Assembly (NCBI RefSeq): GCF_964355755.1
Contig: NC_092671.1
Location: forward strand, 40,806,304 to 40,870,303
Length of the DNA stretch: 64,000 nucleotides
Source of the DNA: Antedon mediterranea
Lineage: Eukaryota; Animalia; Echinodermata
Reading direction: 5' to 3'
The notes below the pieces were generated by a model. That model worked only from the letters and a program-made list of their open reading frames with translations. It did not search any database and was not told where the DNA came from. Made by a program: the position numbers and the translations under genes. Below, in pieces: positions 39,101 through 54,100 of this stretch; position 1 is the stretch's first letter; every line of letters starts with the position of its first letter.

Positions 39101-42100
39101 TACTTATACCATTTAAATATTAAATAATAATATTATTATTATTATCTTTGTTTTTAAGTCTATAAATGGCATGGCTCCTGAATATATTTCTGACATGCTT
39201 AGGCTGTATGTTCCCGGACGTAATCTGCGTTCTAGTGACTCGCTGGTTCTACATCAGCCTAAGTCTCACCACTCATGGGGTGACAGAGCATTCTCCGTTA
39301 CTGCTCCTCGTCGGTGGAATGCTCTACTGAGCTCTATAAGATTTTGCAAAACTGTTGATACTTTTAAAAAATCATTAAAAACACATTTATTCATTAAGGC
39401 ATATGGAAATCATGAGGTTTCTTAAAGTTGTTTAGACTTAGAATTGTTTTGTATACCTTTTCCTGGCCAGCATTTTCTTTGGGGTGCCTCTGTCTTGGTT
39501 GTTGTCTCTGAGCACCCGGTCGTCTGTGGCAAGGCAAATGTGTATCCTGCTCCTTTGTTTGGTCACCTAGGTAGGGGTCCGGGATCGCGACAGAACGACA
39601 ACGGATGGGGACCCTCCAAAGAAATTGCATTTTATTTGTCAGGAATTTGTATGATTTATTTATTTTTTATTTTTAAATGCGCCTTGAGCACTCTGGAGTG
39701 GTATGTGCGCTATAAAAATCTTATTATTATTATTATTATTATTTGGGTCAACCGGCTCAGCTACAGTGATTTAGTTCACTTAGGTTGACCCTTGTCTCCC
39801 CAATTTCAGTTTTTTTTGTTTTGTATATACTTAATACTTAAATAGACCAAATAAATAATGAAATGAAATGAAACTAATTAGCAACAAAATAATAGGGTTC
39901 ATCAAAATTTATTGACATACTATTTAGATGAAAGGTTTAGAAATAAATTTAAAGGGGTATCTCACATAAATTAATTTGTTTAATAGGTGGATCGTTTCAT
40001 GTTTGAGGGGATGGAGATTGCCCTCAAGAGTTCATGTGCAGTCTTTATTACCATGAACCCTGGCTATGCTGGCCGTACAGAACTTCCAGATAACCTCAAG
40101 GTAGGTACTGTAAGGTCCATGTTTGTTTTTCGGATTGTTATAGTCTATATAATAATAGGGAAGGTATGGAGACAATGGTTATTTTTGAAAACTCCTACTA
40201 TGCAGTTGCCATATATAGTATTACATTTTATTAGGAGTATAACAACAACAACAAAGTCACCATATAATGATTGTCTTTTTGCAGGCATTATTTCGTCCTG
40301 TAGCTATGATGGTGCCAGACTATGCTATGATTGCTGAGATTTCACTGTATTCATATGGTTTTAGTGATGCGAAAGTTCTAGCTAAGAAAATTACTACTAC
40401 ATTCAAACTCTCTTCTGAACAACTTAGCTCACAGGTAAAATGACTACTACATTCAAACTGTCTTCTGAACAACTTAGCTCACAGGTAAAATGACTACTAC
40501 ATTCAAACTCTCTTCTGAACAACTTAGCTCACAGGTAAAATGACTACTACATTCAAACTCTCTTCTGAACAACTTAGCTCACAGGTAAAATGACTACTAC
40601 ATTCAAACTCTCTTCTGAACAACTTAGCTCACAGGTAAAATGACTACTACATTCAAACTGTCTTCTAAACAACTTAGCTCACAGGTAAAATTACTACTAC
40701 ATTCAAACTCTCTTCTGAACAACTTAGCTCACAGGTAAAATGACTACTACATTCAAACTCTCTTCTGAACAACTTAGCTCACAGGTAAAATGACTACTAC
40801 ATTCAAACTCTCTTCTAAACAACTTAGCTCACAGGTAAAATGACTACTACATTCAAACTCTCTTCTAAACAACTTAGCTCACAGGTAAAATCATAATATT
40901 CATTTTGAGTTTCTTATATTTAAATGAAAAAAGGAAATTAATGCTGCTCAATAATTGTTGTGTTTTAAACTATTAGTCTCATTATTTTTTTTTCATAATT
41001 ACTTTTACATTTATTTTTTAGGATCATTATGATTTTGGTATGAGAGCAGTAAAAACAGTTATTTCTGCAGCTGGTAATCTGAAACGAGAAAATTCTGAAA
41101 TGAATGAGGTATTTAATTTATTAAGTAGTACGTTGTATTAATTGATCTTAACGAAGACTAAAGTATTAGATCTAGTCTCATGATTAGGTGGTACATTACA
41201 CGAAGACTAAAGTATTAGATCTAGTCTCATGATTAGGTGGTACATTACACGAAGACTAAAGTATTAGATCTAGTCTCATGATTAGGTGGTACATTACACG
41301 AAGACTAAAGTATTAGATCTAGTCTCATGATTAGGTGGCACATTACACGAAGACTAAAGTATTAGATCTAGTCTCATGATTAGGTGGTACATTACACGAA
41401 GACTAAAGTATTAGATCTAGTCTCATGATTAGGTGGTACATTACACGAAGACTAAAGTATTAGATCTAGTCTCATGATTAGGTGGTACATTACACGAAGA
41501 CTAAAGTATTAGATCTAGTCTCATGATTAGGTGGTACATTACACAAAGACTAAAGTATTAGATCTAGTCTCATGATTAGGTGGTACATTACACGAAGACT
41601 AAAGTATTAGATCTAGTCTCATGATTAGGTGGTACATTACACGAAAACTAAAGTATCAGATCTAGTCTCATGATTAGGTGGTACATTACACGAACACTAA
41701 AGTATTAGATCTAGTCTCATGATTAGGTGGTACATTAAACGAAGACTAAAGTATTAGATCTAGTCTCATGATTTGGTGGTACATTACACGAAGACTAAAG
41801 TATTAGATCTAGTCTCATGATTAGATGGTACATTACACGAAGACTAAAGTATTAGATCTAGTCTCATGATTAGGTGGTACATTACACGAAGACTAAAGTA
41901 TTAGATCTAGTCTCATGATTAGGTGGTACATTACACGAAGACTAAAGTATTAGATCTAGTCTCATGATTAGGTGGTACATTACACGAAGACTAAAGTATT
42001 AGATCTAGTCTCATGATTAGGTGGTACATTACACGAAGACTAAAGTATTAGATCTAGTCTCATGATTAGGTGGTACATTACACGAAGACTAAAGTATTAG

Positions 42101-45100
42101 ATCTAGTCTCATGATTAGGTGGTACATTACACGAAGACTAAAGTATTAGATCTAGTCTCATGATTAGGTGGTACATTACACGTTCAGGTTATTTGTTTGA
42201 ATTTTATCAAAGTAAGACTGGTTGGTAACGGCTATCTCCATTGCAAATGTGTGCCATATTTAATGTGCTTTTCTACATTCACATTTGTACAATTTGTAAT
42301 TTGTGCCTGCCTTGTTGAATAGACTACAGTCCATCTTGCTGACTAATTCTACTTCCATTCACATTTGTACAATTTGTAATTTGTGCCTACCTTGTTGAAT
42401 AGACTACAGTCCATCTTGCCGACTAATTCTACTTCCATTCACATTTGTACAATTTGTAATTTGTGCCTACCTTGTTGAATAGACTACAGTCCATCTTGCC
42501 GACTAATTCTACTTCCATTCACATTTGTACAATTTGTAATTTGTGCCTGCCTTGTTGAATAGACTACAGTCCATCTTGCCGACTAATTCTACTTCCATTC
42601 ACATTTGTACAATTTGTAATTTGTGCCCGCCTTGTTGAATAGACTACAGTCCATCTTGCCGACTAATTCTACTTCCATTCACATTTGTACAATTTGTAAT
42701 TTGTGCCTACCTTGTTGAATAGACTACAGTCCATCTTGCCGACTAATTCTACTTCCATTCACATTTGTACAATTTGTAATTTGTGCCTGCCTTGTTGAAT
42801 AGACTACAGTCCATCTTGCTGACTAATTCTACTTCCATTCACATTTGTACAATTTGTAATTTGTGCCTGCCTTGTTGAATAGACTACGGTCCATCTTGCC
42901 GACTAATTCTACTTCCATTCACATTTGTACAATTTGTAATTTGTGCCCGCCTTGTTGAATAGACTACAGTCCATCTTGCCGACTAATTCTACTTCCATTC
43001 ACATTTGTACAATTTGTAATTTGTGCCTGCCTTGTTGAATAGACTACAGTCTATCTTGCTGACTAATTCTACTTCCATTCACATTTGTACAATTTGTAAT
43101 TTGTGCCTGCCTTGTTGAATAGACTACGGTCCATCTTGCCGACTAATTCTACTTCCATTCACATTTGTACAATTTGTAATTTGTGCCCGCCTTGTTGAAT
43201 AGACTACAGTCCATCTTGCTGACTAATTCATCATTTGTTTCCTGTATTCTTATCTTAATTGTTTAGTGTTTAATTTATTCCTATTTGACCTTTGTAGGAA
43301 TTGATTGTTTTAAGAGCTATTCGTGATGTTAATGTTCCAAAGTTTTTACAAGATGACTTGAAGTTATTCAATGGCATTGTCTCTGATCTTTTTCCGAAAA
43401 TTAAGTAAGAATCTACCTTTTTTTTTTTAAATGATGACATGAAATAAAGTATATGTTCTTTATGAAGATTACAATTTATTAATGTTATTACTATTTCATT
43501 ATATAGAGAAGAACCAATAGATTACGGTGCATTGGATGCTGCATTGAGAAGCAGTTGTTTCAACATGGACCTAAAAGATGTGGATGGGTTTATTACTAAA
43601 TGTATTCAATTGTATGAGACAACTGTTGTGAGACATGGGCTTATGTTAGTTGGTCCAGCTGGGTCTGGTAAAACCAAATGCTATGAGGTTTTAAAACAAT
43701 CTATTACATCATTGAAAGGAGAACAAGCTGTAGGTGGTGGTGTTTATGAGAATGTTCATACTTTCATTTTAAACCCTAAGAGTATAACAATGGGACAGCT
43801 GTATGGTGAATTTGATATGCTCACTCATGAATGGTAAGTTAGTAGCTCATATTTTAGTCTTGATTTTATTGATATGCTCACTCATGAATGGTAAGTTAGT
43901 AGCTCATATTTTAGTCTTGTTTTTATTGATATGCTCACTCATGAATGGTAAGTTAGTAGCTCATATTTTAGTCTTGTTTTTATTGATATGCTCACTCATG
44001 AATGGTAAGTTAGTAGCTCATATTTTAGTCTTGATTTTATTGATATGCTCACTCATGAATGGTAAGTTAGTAGCTCATATTTTAGTCTTGATTTTATTGA
44101 TATGCTCACTCATGAATGGTAAGTTAGTAGCTCATATTTTAGTCTTGTTTTTATTGATATGCTCACTCATGAATGGTAAGTTAGTAGCTCATATTTTAGT
44201 CTTGTTTTTATTGATATGCTCACTCATGAATGGTAAGTTAGTAGCTCATATTTTAGTCTTGATTTTATTGATATGCTCACTCATGAATGGTAAGTTAGTA
44301 GCTCATATTTTAGTCTTGTTTTTATTGATATGCTCACTCATGAATGGTAAGTTAGTAGCTCATATTTTAGTCTTGTTTTTATTTACATAATTGTATTCTA
44401 TATCTTATGTATTGCAGCATCAATATATCAGCTTGTCACAATTTTAAATTACTTTTAAAATAATTTTTGTCTATTTATTTGACAGGACTGATGGTATTCT
44501 GTCGTCTTTAATTCGTATGGGTTCAGCTAAGCAAGATGAAGATTCTCGTTGGTATTTGTTTGATGGTCCAGTTGATGCTGTATGGATTGAAAACATGAAC
44601 ACAGTCCTGGATGATAATAAGAAACTCTGCTTAAGTAGTGGTGAAATCATCAAGCTAACAGAAGTACATTCATTATTACCTTAAATTAATTTGGTTTTTT
44701 TTTAAATTTTGTACGACAAAGAAAGAATAGAATAGTATAAACAATAATCATCATTTAATATAAGATCTATCTATCATTTAAAAATCTTGTTCTTGTGTTA
44801 ATATTAAAATTGATACTCTTTGCATTACAATTATTCACAAAGATAAAACATTATTACCATTTGTTTTAGTTCCAAAGAATGATCTTTGAGGTTGCAGATT
44901 TAGCCGTCGCATCACCTGCCACAGTCAGTAGATGTGGTATGGTTTATATTGAGCCTAGCATCTTAGGCCTTAGTCCTTTTACGGAGTGCTGGCTGAAGAA
45001 GCTACCTGATGCTATCTATCCTTACAAAGACCAGCTTTCTGACTTGTTTACTAAGTTTCTCCAGGTTAGTAACATCATTTATTGTAGAACGCCCTTAGCA

Positions 45101-48100
45101 TCATAATACTGTTCAATAACTCTTTATTCACGCTGTACAAAAACATACACTTGTTTGACCGAGGTCATAACAAAAGTATGTAATAGATTCTCAGTTTAAA
45201 TTTAAACAGGTTGACATATATAATTAAATGCTTTTAAACTTTATATTCATGTTCATCTGTACCATTTTTTCTAGGAATCCATTGATTTTGTTCGTACAAA
45301 TTGTAAAGAGATAGTTGGTAACATTGACAGCAACCTGACATTAAGTTTGACTAGACTTATGGATTGTTTTTTCAAACCATTTGTACCTAAAGAGGTAAGT
45401 AACTGAAGTTACACTGAAGTTGATCAATCCCTCTAATCTGAATTACAATGTAATTGTAGTGGATAACAGTAATTTGTGTGTACCCGTTTACTATGTTACA
45501 ACTTATTGGAGCATTAACAAAATATATCACAGTGCTCGGATTGTTCAATAAAAAAATATCAAACATGAATTTATAACCAATGTTCTTATTATAGATACTG
45601 TGTTCATTTGTATTAAATTGTTCATTTTATTACTTCTTTTAAAATGTTTCTTTTCATTTTAATGGTTGTGTTGCTATAGAAACGAAGGGTAAGATAAAGA
45701 GTCTCCCATTGTTATTCATAAATGTACAGTACCTGTCATAAAGTTCCATGCCCCATAGTCGGTAGCATTAGTATAATTGTTCACAACAGAATTCTATTGT
45801 TGGTAGCATTAGTATAATTGTTCACACTAGAATTCAATCATTCTCAACATTAGAACATCTAGTTGAATACATTCTCTTGCTATAATCATACATTCTTTAA
45901 ACCTGAAACTAGTGCCATTACTTAGTTCTGCATTTTAGTTTTTTTTTTCCATTTCAATTCAGAAACACATACTGTAGATTGAATGTAGACAACATTAATA
46001 CAATTACAGACTTATGCTTTAAATACTTAATTTTAAAATAGAATTTAAATATCAAACCATTTATTGCTTGTGATTAGAAACATATTCATATCATTAAACC
46101 ATTTATTGCTTGTGATTAGAAACATATTCATATCATTACCTTGCTGTATGTTTAATTTCTGATTCAAGACTATTGAAAGCCAATGGTTCAATCATGCTGG
46201 ATAAGTGCCTTTTGCCAATCCTTGTCAATGTCCTACAATCATCAGTTGTAATGCTGGATCAGCGCCTTTTGCCAATCCTTGTCAATGTCCTACAATCATC
46301 AGTTGTATTGCTGGATAAGTGCCTTTTGCCAATCCTTGTCAATGTCCTACAATCATCAGTTGGAATGCTGGATCAGCGCCTTTTGCCAATCCTTGTCAAT
46401 GTCCTACAATCATCAGTTGTAATGCTGGATCAGCGCCTTTGGCCAATCCTTGTCAATGTCCTACAATCATCAGTTGTAATGCTGGATCAGCGCCTTTTGC
46501 CAATCCTTGTCAATTTCCTACAATCATCAGTTGTAATGCTGGATCAGCGCCTTTTGCCAATCCTTGTCAATGTCCTACAATCATCAGTTGTAATGCTGGA
46601 TCAGCGCCTTTTGCCAATCCTTGTCAATTTCCTACAATCATCAGTTGTAATGCTGGATCAGCGCCTTTTGCCAATCCTTGTCAATGTCCTACAATCATCA
46701 GTTGTAATGCTGGATCAGCGCCTTTTGCAAATCCTTGTCAATGTCCTACAATCATCAGTTGTAATGCTGGATCAGCGCCTTTTGCCAATCCTTGTCAATT
46801 TCCTACAATCATCAGTTGTAATGCTGTGTAATATTTCCTTTTGTATTGTATCCTATAAATTTGTTGGAGTTGGGTAGCCGAGTGGTTAGGACACTTGACT
46901 GTAATACAGATAGACACCCGGGTTCAATTCCAGACAACTCCCAGTCCACTCAGCTGTAAATGAGTACCTAGTTGAAAATACTAGGGAGAAAAACCCGGCG
47001 TGGAAAGGAACTGGCCTCTTTACCACATAATGCCGAGGCTTAGTACAATGAGCTCCTAACAGCTCATTCCCCTATGTTCAGAATGAACACGGGACTAATT
47101 ACCTCACCACCTATAAATAACAGCGTATGTCAATTTTCAGGGTGACAGACCACTTCCAGCAGACAGTTTGATGCGTATAGAAGAGTTGATAGAGCCATGG
47201 TTTATCTTCGCATTAGTATGGTCAGTAGGGGGCACTGTTGATGGAGATGGAAGGAAGAAGTTCAGTGATTATTTGCGAGAAAAGATGAAGAAAGAAAATG
47301 TAAGTACAGTCATTTGTACAACCTAGTTCTACATCTGTGATCTTATTCATTCAATAAAATAGTCTTACACATATGTTGTTTTATTCCAAAGATAAAGCTA
47401 CTTTTCCCAGCTGATCGCCTGGTTTATGATTACAAATTGGATGATGGTGGTATTACTAAATTATCAAAAGGAGACACAGAAGAGGAAGAAGAAGGTGATA
47501 GTGGCAACAAAGAGGTAAACATAGCACAACAAATCATTATCCTTGTTTCTTTCTGCTATGGGCTATTTTATCCATTACAATTTTATACAAATGTTATGTT
47601 AATAAACTTTATATTAATTATTTTATGAATTAAATATAGTTGAATGGTGTAGAATGGTTTGATTGCAATGCTTAAATCTATCATTTGATGCAAATAGCCA
47701 TGTTATTGCTACTGTATATAGAATATTGATTGTTTTGATTTCAGGTTCATTCTCAGGCGTATTCATTTCAGAATGTAGTAGTAGAACTGGAAGAGGTTAG
47801 AGTCAGGATAAATTAGCATCATGCATCTCAGTCTAGTTGTAGGCCAGGAATAAGGAAACACAAGAGTAGTTAGTTTTTTAATAGAAAGAATACTACATAA
47901 TAGGACATATTATTGAATATATCAGAATGTTTAATAATGAAAAATAAAAACAGAAATATGCCACATAAATGAAAATTGTTAATAATTATTGAATTGTTGA
48001 ATATGAACATTATTTATTGTTCTTTCCTTTTGAACTTCATTCTTTCTCATAATATTCAACAATGATTTGATAATGATACAAAACGATTGTAAATTTCTTT

Positions 48101-51100
48101 ATAGATTCGTTGGGTTGATTGGATGGAGGGTGTGGCACAATGTAAGATTTTACCAGAAACACAGTATGCTGATATTATAGTACCAACACCAGACACTGTA
48201 AGAGGATCATGGCTTATTGAAACTTTACTAGTCAATAACAAACAAGTAAGTCATTCATATATTTATTATTCACTAACAACATGAGCATGAGTCCCAATCA
48301 TATGCAATAGTATCAGGGTGTACAATAGTACTAATACTTGTAGAAGCATATACCTCATAAATAAATGTTTATGTTTTAACACAGAATGAAACAGGAGATA
48401 TTACTTACTTAATCTTGTTGAGATTCTTAGCATGATCAATTAGCGCCTAATATTTCTTTAAAGTAAACTTACACTGTGTGAATTTTTCTAGGTGTTGTGT
48501 GTTGGAGATACAGGTACAGGTAAATCTTTGACCGTCTCTGACAAGCTTCTGAAGAGTATGCCTAAGGATTTCCTCAGTAATTTTATTTCGTTCTCAGCAA
48601 GAACTAGTGCTAACCAGACCCAGGATCTTATCGACAGCAAACTTGACAAAAGGTACTGTAAAAAACAATAAAGTAAACAAAAATAAATATTGTGTACGGT
48701 AATATAATACTAATATTTTATGAATTATTAAAATGTGTCTTATCTGTATTTGATTCGACTTTCAGGTTGTTATTGAATACATACAATACATCAATGTTTA
48801 CACCATAAATCTTAAACAAACGGTTTACTACATATTATCACATTAAACTGATAGTGAAATAATGCACCATGATGCTATCATTGCTTTTCAGACGCAAGGG
48901 TGTTTTTGGGCCGCCATTAGGCAAGTATTTTGTGCTATTTGTTGATGATTTGAATATGCCTGCCCTTGAAGTGTATGGTGCACAGCCTCCAATAGAGTTG
49001 CTTAGACAGTGGATGGACCATAAAGGATGGTATGACAGAAAACAAATTGGTGAGCATTCCATGCATTCTAATCTCATGTAATTTATGATATGTTTCTCAT
49101 AAATGTACATAATATTAATACACATTATGTTTTTGAATTTTCTCAAAAAATCAAATGACAAATAAGATTTTAAACATGTTAATTTCAGGTGCATTCCGTG
49201 AACTTGTTGACATTACATTTGTATGTGCAATGGGTCCACCAGGTGGAGGTCGTAACCCAGTCACAACTCGTCTTATGCGTCATTTCAACTACTTATCATT
49301 CTGTGAAATGGAACATTCTAGTAAATCACGTATCTTTTCTACCATCTTAAACAGTTGGTTATGTGAGTATTAACTTATATATTTCATAATTGGTTTTGAT
49401 CTAATTATAGTGTAGTAAAAGTATCATTGAATAGTCATACTGTACAAATTCAACTTTAATTTAACTTGATAAGTTACTACTTTATTTTGTAATAGATGGT
49501 AATGAAGGAATACGTGAGCATTGTAACAAGCTTGTAGATTCATCTATTGATGTATACGAGACAATTACAACTCAGCTTCTACCAACACCAGCAAAGAGTC
49601 ATTACACATTCAATCTCAGAGACTTATCTAAAGTATTCCAAGGTAAGTAACATTTAGCAAGTGGTGGATGAGGTGATACATAAAGTACCGATCAGATTGT
49701 GATATAGGAGAAAGTAATCTTGTTGGCCCTATAAATAATAAAGTACCGATCAGATTGTGATATAGGAGAAAGTAATCTTGTTGGCCCTATATATAATACA
49801 GTACCGATCAGATTTTGATTTAGAAGAAAGTAATCTTGTTGACCCTTTAAATAATACAGTACTGATCAGATTGTGATATAGGAGAAAGTAATCTTGTTGG
49901 CCCTATAAATAATACAGTACCGATCAGATTTTGATTTAGAAGAAAATAATCTTGTTGGCCCTTTAAATATTACAGTACCGATCAGATTGTTATATAGGAG
50001 AAAGTAATCTTTTTGGCCCTATAAATAATACAGTATCGCTCACATTGTAATATAGGAGAAAGTAATCTTGTTGGCCCTATAAATAATACAGTACCGATCA
50101 GATTTTGATTTAGGAGAAAGTAATCTTGTTGGCCCTATAAATAATACAGTACCGCTCACATTGTAATATAGGAGAAAGTAATCTTGTTGGCCCTATAAAT
50201 AATACAGTACCACTCACATTGTAATATAGGAGAAAGTAATCTTGTTGGCCCTATAAATAATACAATACCGATCAGATTTTGATTTAGAAGAAAGTAATTT
50301 TGTTGGCCCTATAAATAGTAAAATATATAGTGCTACTGTACAGGTAAAGATCTGTCTGCTTGCCAATCGTTTATAAATTGTCTATACAAAATCATAGATA
50401 CAAGACAAAAATTAATATTTATTGCATTTTGATTTTCAGGGATGTTGATGGTAGATTCAAACAAAATTGAAAACTTGTCTGGACTTCTACGTGTTTGGTT
50501 CCATGAAAACAGTCGTGTTTTTAAGGACAGACTTGTAAATGATGAAGATTGTGAATGGTTTGATAAATTGCTGACCCAGCAAATGGTTGAGTCATTTCAA
50601 GCTGATCCAATCGAGGTGGTGCATAGTGATCCATTGATCTATGGTGACTTTATGATACCTAATGCTGACAATAAAATTTATGCTGAGATCACAGACCACA
50701 CGAAGGTAATCTATTTGTTTTTAACCTTCTACATAATTAATTAAATCTTTATATACACTGATTACAAACAATATAGAGTGAGAATGGTGTAAGTATGTAA
50801 ACTTATAAAATAATGATGTATACTGATGATGTTATTTGTAGATGGTGACAATTCTAGAGGAGTATCTAGAAGACTATAACCAAGTTAATACAGCACGTAT
50901 GCGCCTTGTGTTATTTATGGATGCTGTGAAACATGTATGCCGCATCAGCCGTGTAATAAGACAGCCTCTAGGAAATGCATTATTGCTAGGTGTAGGAGGC
51001 AGTGGACGACAGAGCTTGACAAGGCTTGCTGCTCATATGTAACTACAAAACATTTACATTTGATTATAAAGACATATCTTTTTTTCTATTACACTAATGT

Positions 51101-54100
51101 AATTATATCGTATTTTCATGATACAAAATTACTGAAAAGAAAATAACCCACAGGCTTATATAACTAGATGATTCCTGTTTTTTCTGATTTTAGGGCTGAG
51201 TATGACTGTTTTCAAATTGAGTTATCTAAGAACTATGGGACAAATGAATGGAGGGAAGACTTAAAGAAAGTCATGCTTAAAGCTGGCTTAGAAAACAAGC
51301 CAATGGTGTTCTTATTTAGTGATTCACAGGTAAAAAAACATTTTAGTTCAAACAGTATACAATGTAAAATTACATGAATTAGGAATTAATTTAGTCTTTA
51401 ATTTATAATAGATTAAGAGTGAGTCATTCCTTGAGGATATCAACAACATTTTGAATTCTGGAGATGTACCTAACATTTACAGCTTTGATGAGTTAGATCA
51501 GATTTACAATGCTATGAAACCTATAGTACAAGAAACAGGCCTTCAGGCTACTAAAGCTAACCTGTTTTCAACATACACAAAGCGAGTCAAGAGTAACACA
51601 CACACTGTGCTCTGCATGAGGTAAGTCTTAATTGAATCAATCATCAATTAGCAAATGTCTGCGGTGGCCATTATAACAATTTCACATCAAAATAAATTAG
51701 TATTAAAATATAATATTCTGTATGTAATATAAGGATTTTGATATACTAATACATTTTTTAGTACAATTTAATTATTTTATTTATTCATATTTTTTTCTAG
51801 CCCTATTGGTGAGATTTTCCGTGCAAGATTAAGACAGTTTCCGTCACTTGTAAACTGTTGTACAATTGATTGGTTTAGTGAGTGGCCTGATCAAGCTCTT
51901 AGGTCTGTTGCACAGAATTTCTTAAAAGATATTACTGAATTAGAAGATGATGATGATGTCAATAATGGTCTGGTAAGTTATTTAAAATATGTTATCTATT
52001 ATCTATCCAAGTACTATTATGTAAGTTCAATTCAATTCAATTCAACTTAACATTTATTTCTTCCTCAAGAAAATGAGGTAAACATAATAAATCCATTGTA
52101 GACATTTTTTAAACAAATTTTAAATCTTTTGTAGGTGAATGTGTGCGTTGATATCCATCAATCTGTTGCTACAAAATCTATCAAGTATCTTGCTGAGTTG
52201 TCCAGACATAATTATGTTACACCAACCAGCTATCTTGAATTACTTGGCATCTTCTCAAAGCTGATTGGACTCAAGACCAATGAGCTAAGAACGGCAAGAA
52301 ACAGAACAAAGACTGGTCTTGATAAGCTGTTGCGTACTGCTGATGAGGTTACCAAGATGTTAGAAGAACTTGAAACAATGCGACCAATGTTAGAGGAAGC
52401 TGCTAGAGAGACAGAGGTTACAATGAAACAGATTGCAGAGGATAGTGTGATTGCTAATGAGACTAAGGCTGTGGTACAAAAGGAAGAACAGCAGGCAACA
52501 GTTAAAGCTAAAGAAACACAAGCTATTGCAGACTCTGCACAGAAAGACTTAAATGAAGCACTTCCAGCCCTTGATGCTGCTCTTGCAAGCTTGAAATCAC
52601 TTAACAGAAATGATGTTGTTGAGGTACTTAATTACAATATTTTTTATATTTTGTATAGCCTTACATTATTACACAATACCACTTAAAGCACAACTGATCA
52701 TTGTTGGCTATCATTAAGTACATTATTAAAGCACAACTCATGTTTATCTCCAGGTACGAGCAATGCAGCGCCCTCCTGCAGGTGTGAGGATGGTGATTGA
52801 AGCTGTGTGCATCATGAAAGGTGTTAAAGCAAAGAAGGTTGCTGGTGAGAAACCTGGAACCAAAGTGGATGATTACTGGGAACCTGGCAAGAACTTGCTG
52901 CAAGATCCTGGAAAGTTTTTAGATGGCTTATTTACATATGATAAGGTCAGTCGTAGATGGCTAATATTTACATATTCATTCATTCATCTTTTATTTCGGA
53001 AAAAAAAAAAAATTCTCCATAGTTCAGTAACAAATTAGTGTACATTATTGCAAATATAACAAATATATATATATATATATGTAGATATATAAAAAAAACA
53101 AAAACCTACGCTACATAGTCACATGGTTAGAACAATAGCTTCATCCATCTACTATGTAGATTGGATGAAGGAAAAGCAAATTCATGAATACATTTTATGA
53201 CAATATTGCCTGACCTCCCTAACCTGCACAACATGCCAAATACCACCTTACGTTGTAGTTCGTAGAACGAGCAGATGTGGTTTTCTACAAACATGGTGCT
53301 GGCACTGCATGACCTAGGTTTATTAAGGATCAGGCGTAAGGCATTGTTGAAGCACACCTTTAGTGCTTCCATAGATTTTACATTAAAATTTGCCCACAAA
53401 GAAGCACAGTATAAGTTACTACAATATGTTTTAAACAAAAAACACTTTATGTTTTTAGAGCATTTTGAGAAAGTTCTACATAGTGTATTAGCTCTAATGC
53501 ACAATGACCTGTACTGTCGTTTGATATCCGTATCATCTTTCAAATCGGGTGTTAAAGTGTGACCCAAGTAATTAAAAACTCTAACAAAGTCAAGTTCCGA
53601 CTCAAATAAGTTTAAAGTGGGAAGCTTTGACAATCCTGACTGTAGGACAGAATAACATACATACAGATTTTTTCTTGTTATACAATATATCATGCGTTAA
53701 TGAGTATTTTTCACACATATGAATTAGATGTTGTAATGCGGAGGCAGATGGTGCAATAAGTACCATATCATCCGCGTAACTAAGGTTGTTTAGTTTTATA
53801 CCGTGTAATTCGCATCCATTGCGAGACATACTGAGATTGACAATTAAATCATCCATATAAATATTAAAAAGTAAAGGAGACATAACTCCACCTTGTCTAA
53901 CACCATTGGTAACTGAGAAGTCTCTAGACAATGACTTTCCCCAGCGAACATGAAACCTTTGATTGGTATACCAAGACACAAGAACTCTAACTACACATAA
54001 GGGGGTTCCCCTATAATGATTAATACGATCAAATGCTTTGGAGGCATCTAAAAAACAGGCATAAATCGGGCTACCATTTCTATTATAAAATTCGATTGTC

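Noticed and set aside
43803-44390. 195-aa hydrophobic repeat ORF
   Set aside because: Off-frame reading of the 57-bp donor array; the dynein frame stops right after the first donor
46173-46877. Two repeat ORFs (LRR-like and Cys-rich)
   Set aside because: Artefact of a stop-free 57-bp intronic minisatellite; no start context or splice support
46866-46941. tRNA-Tyr(GTA)-like gene
   Set aside because: Anticodon and T stems do not pair properly and it continues into a SINE body
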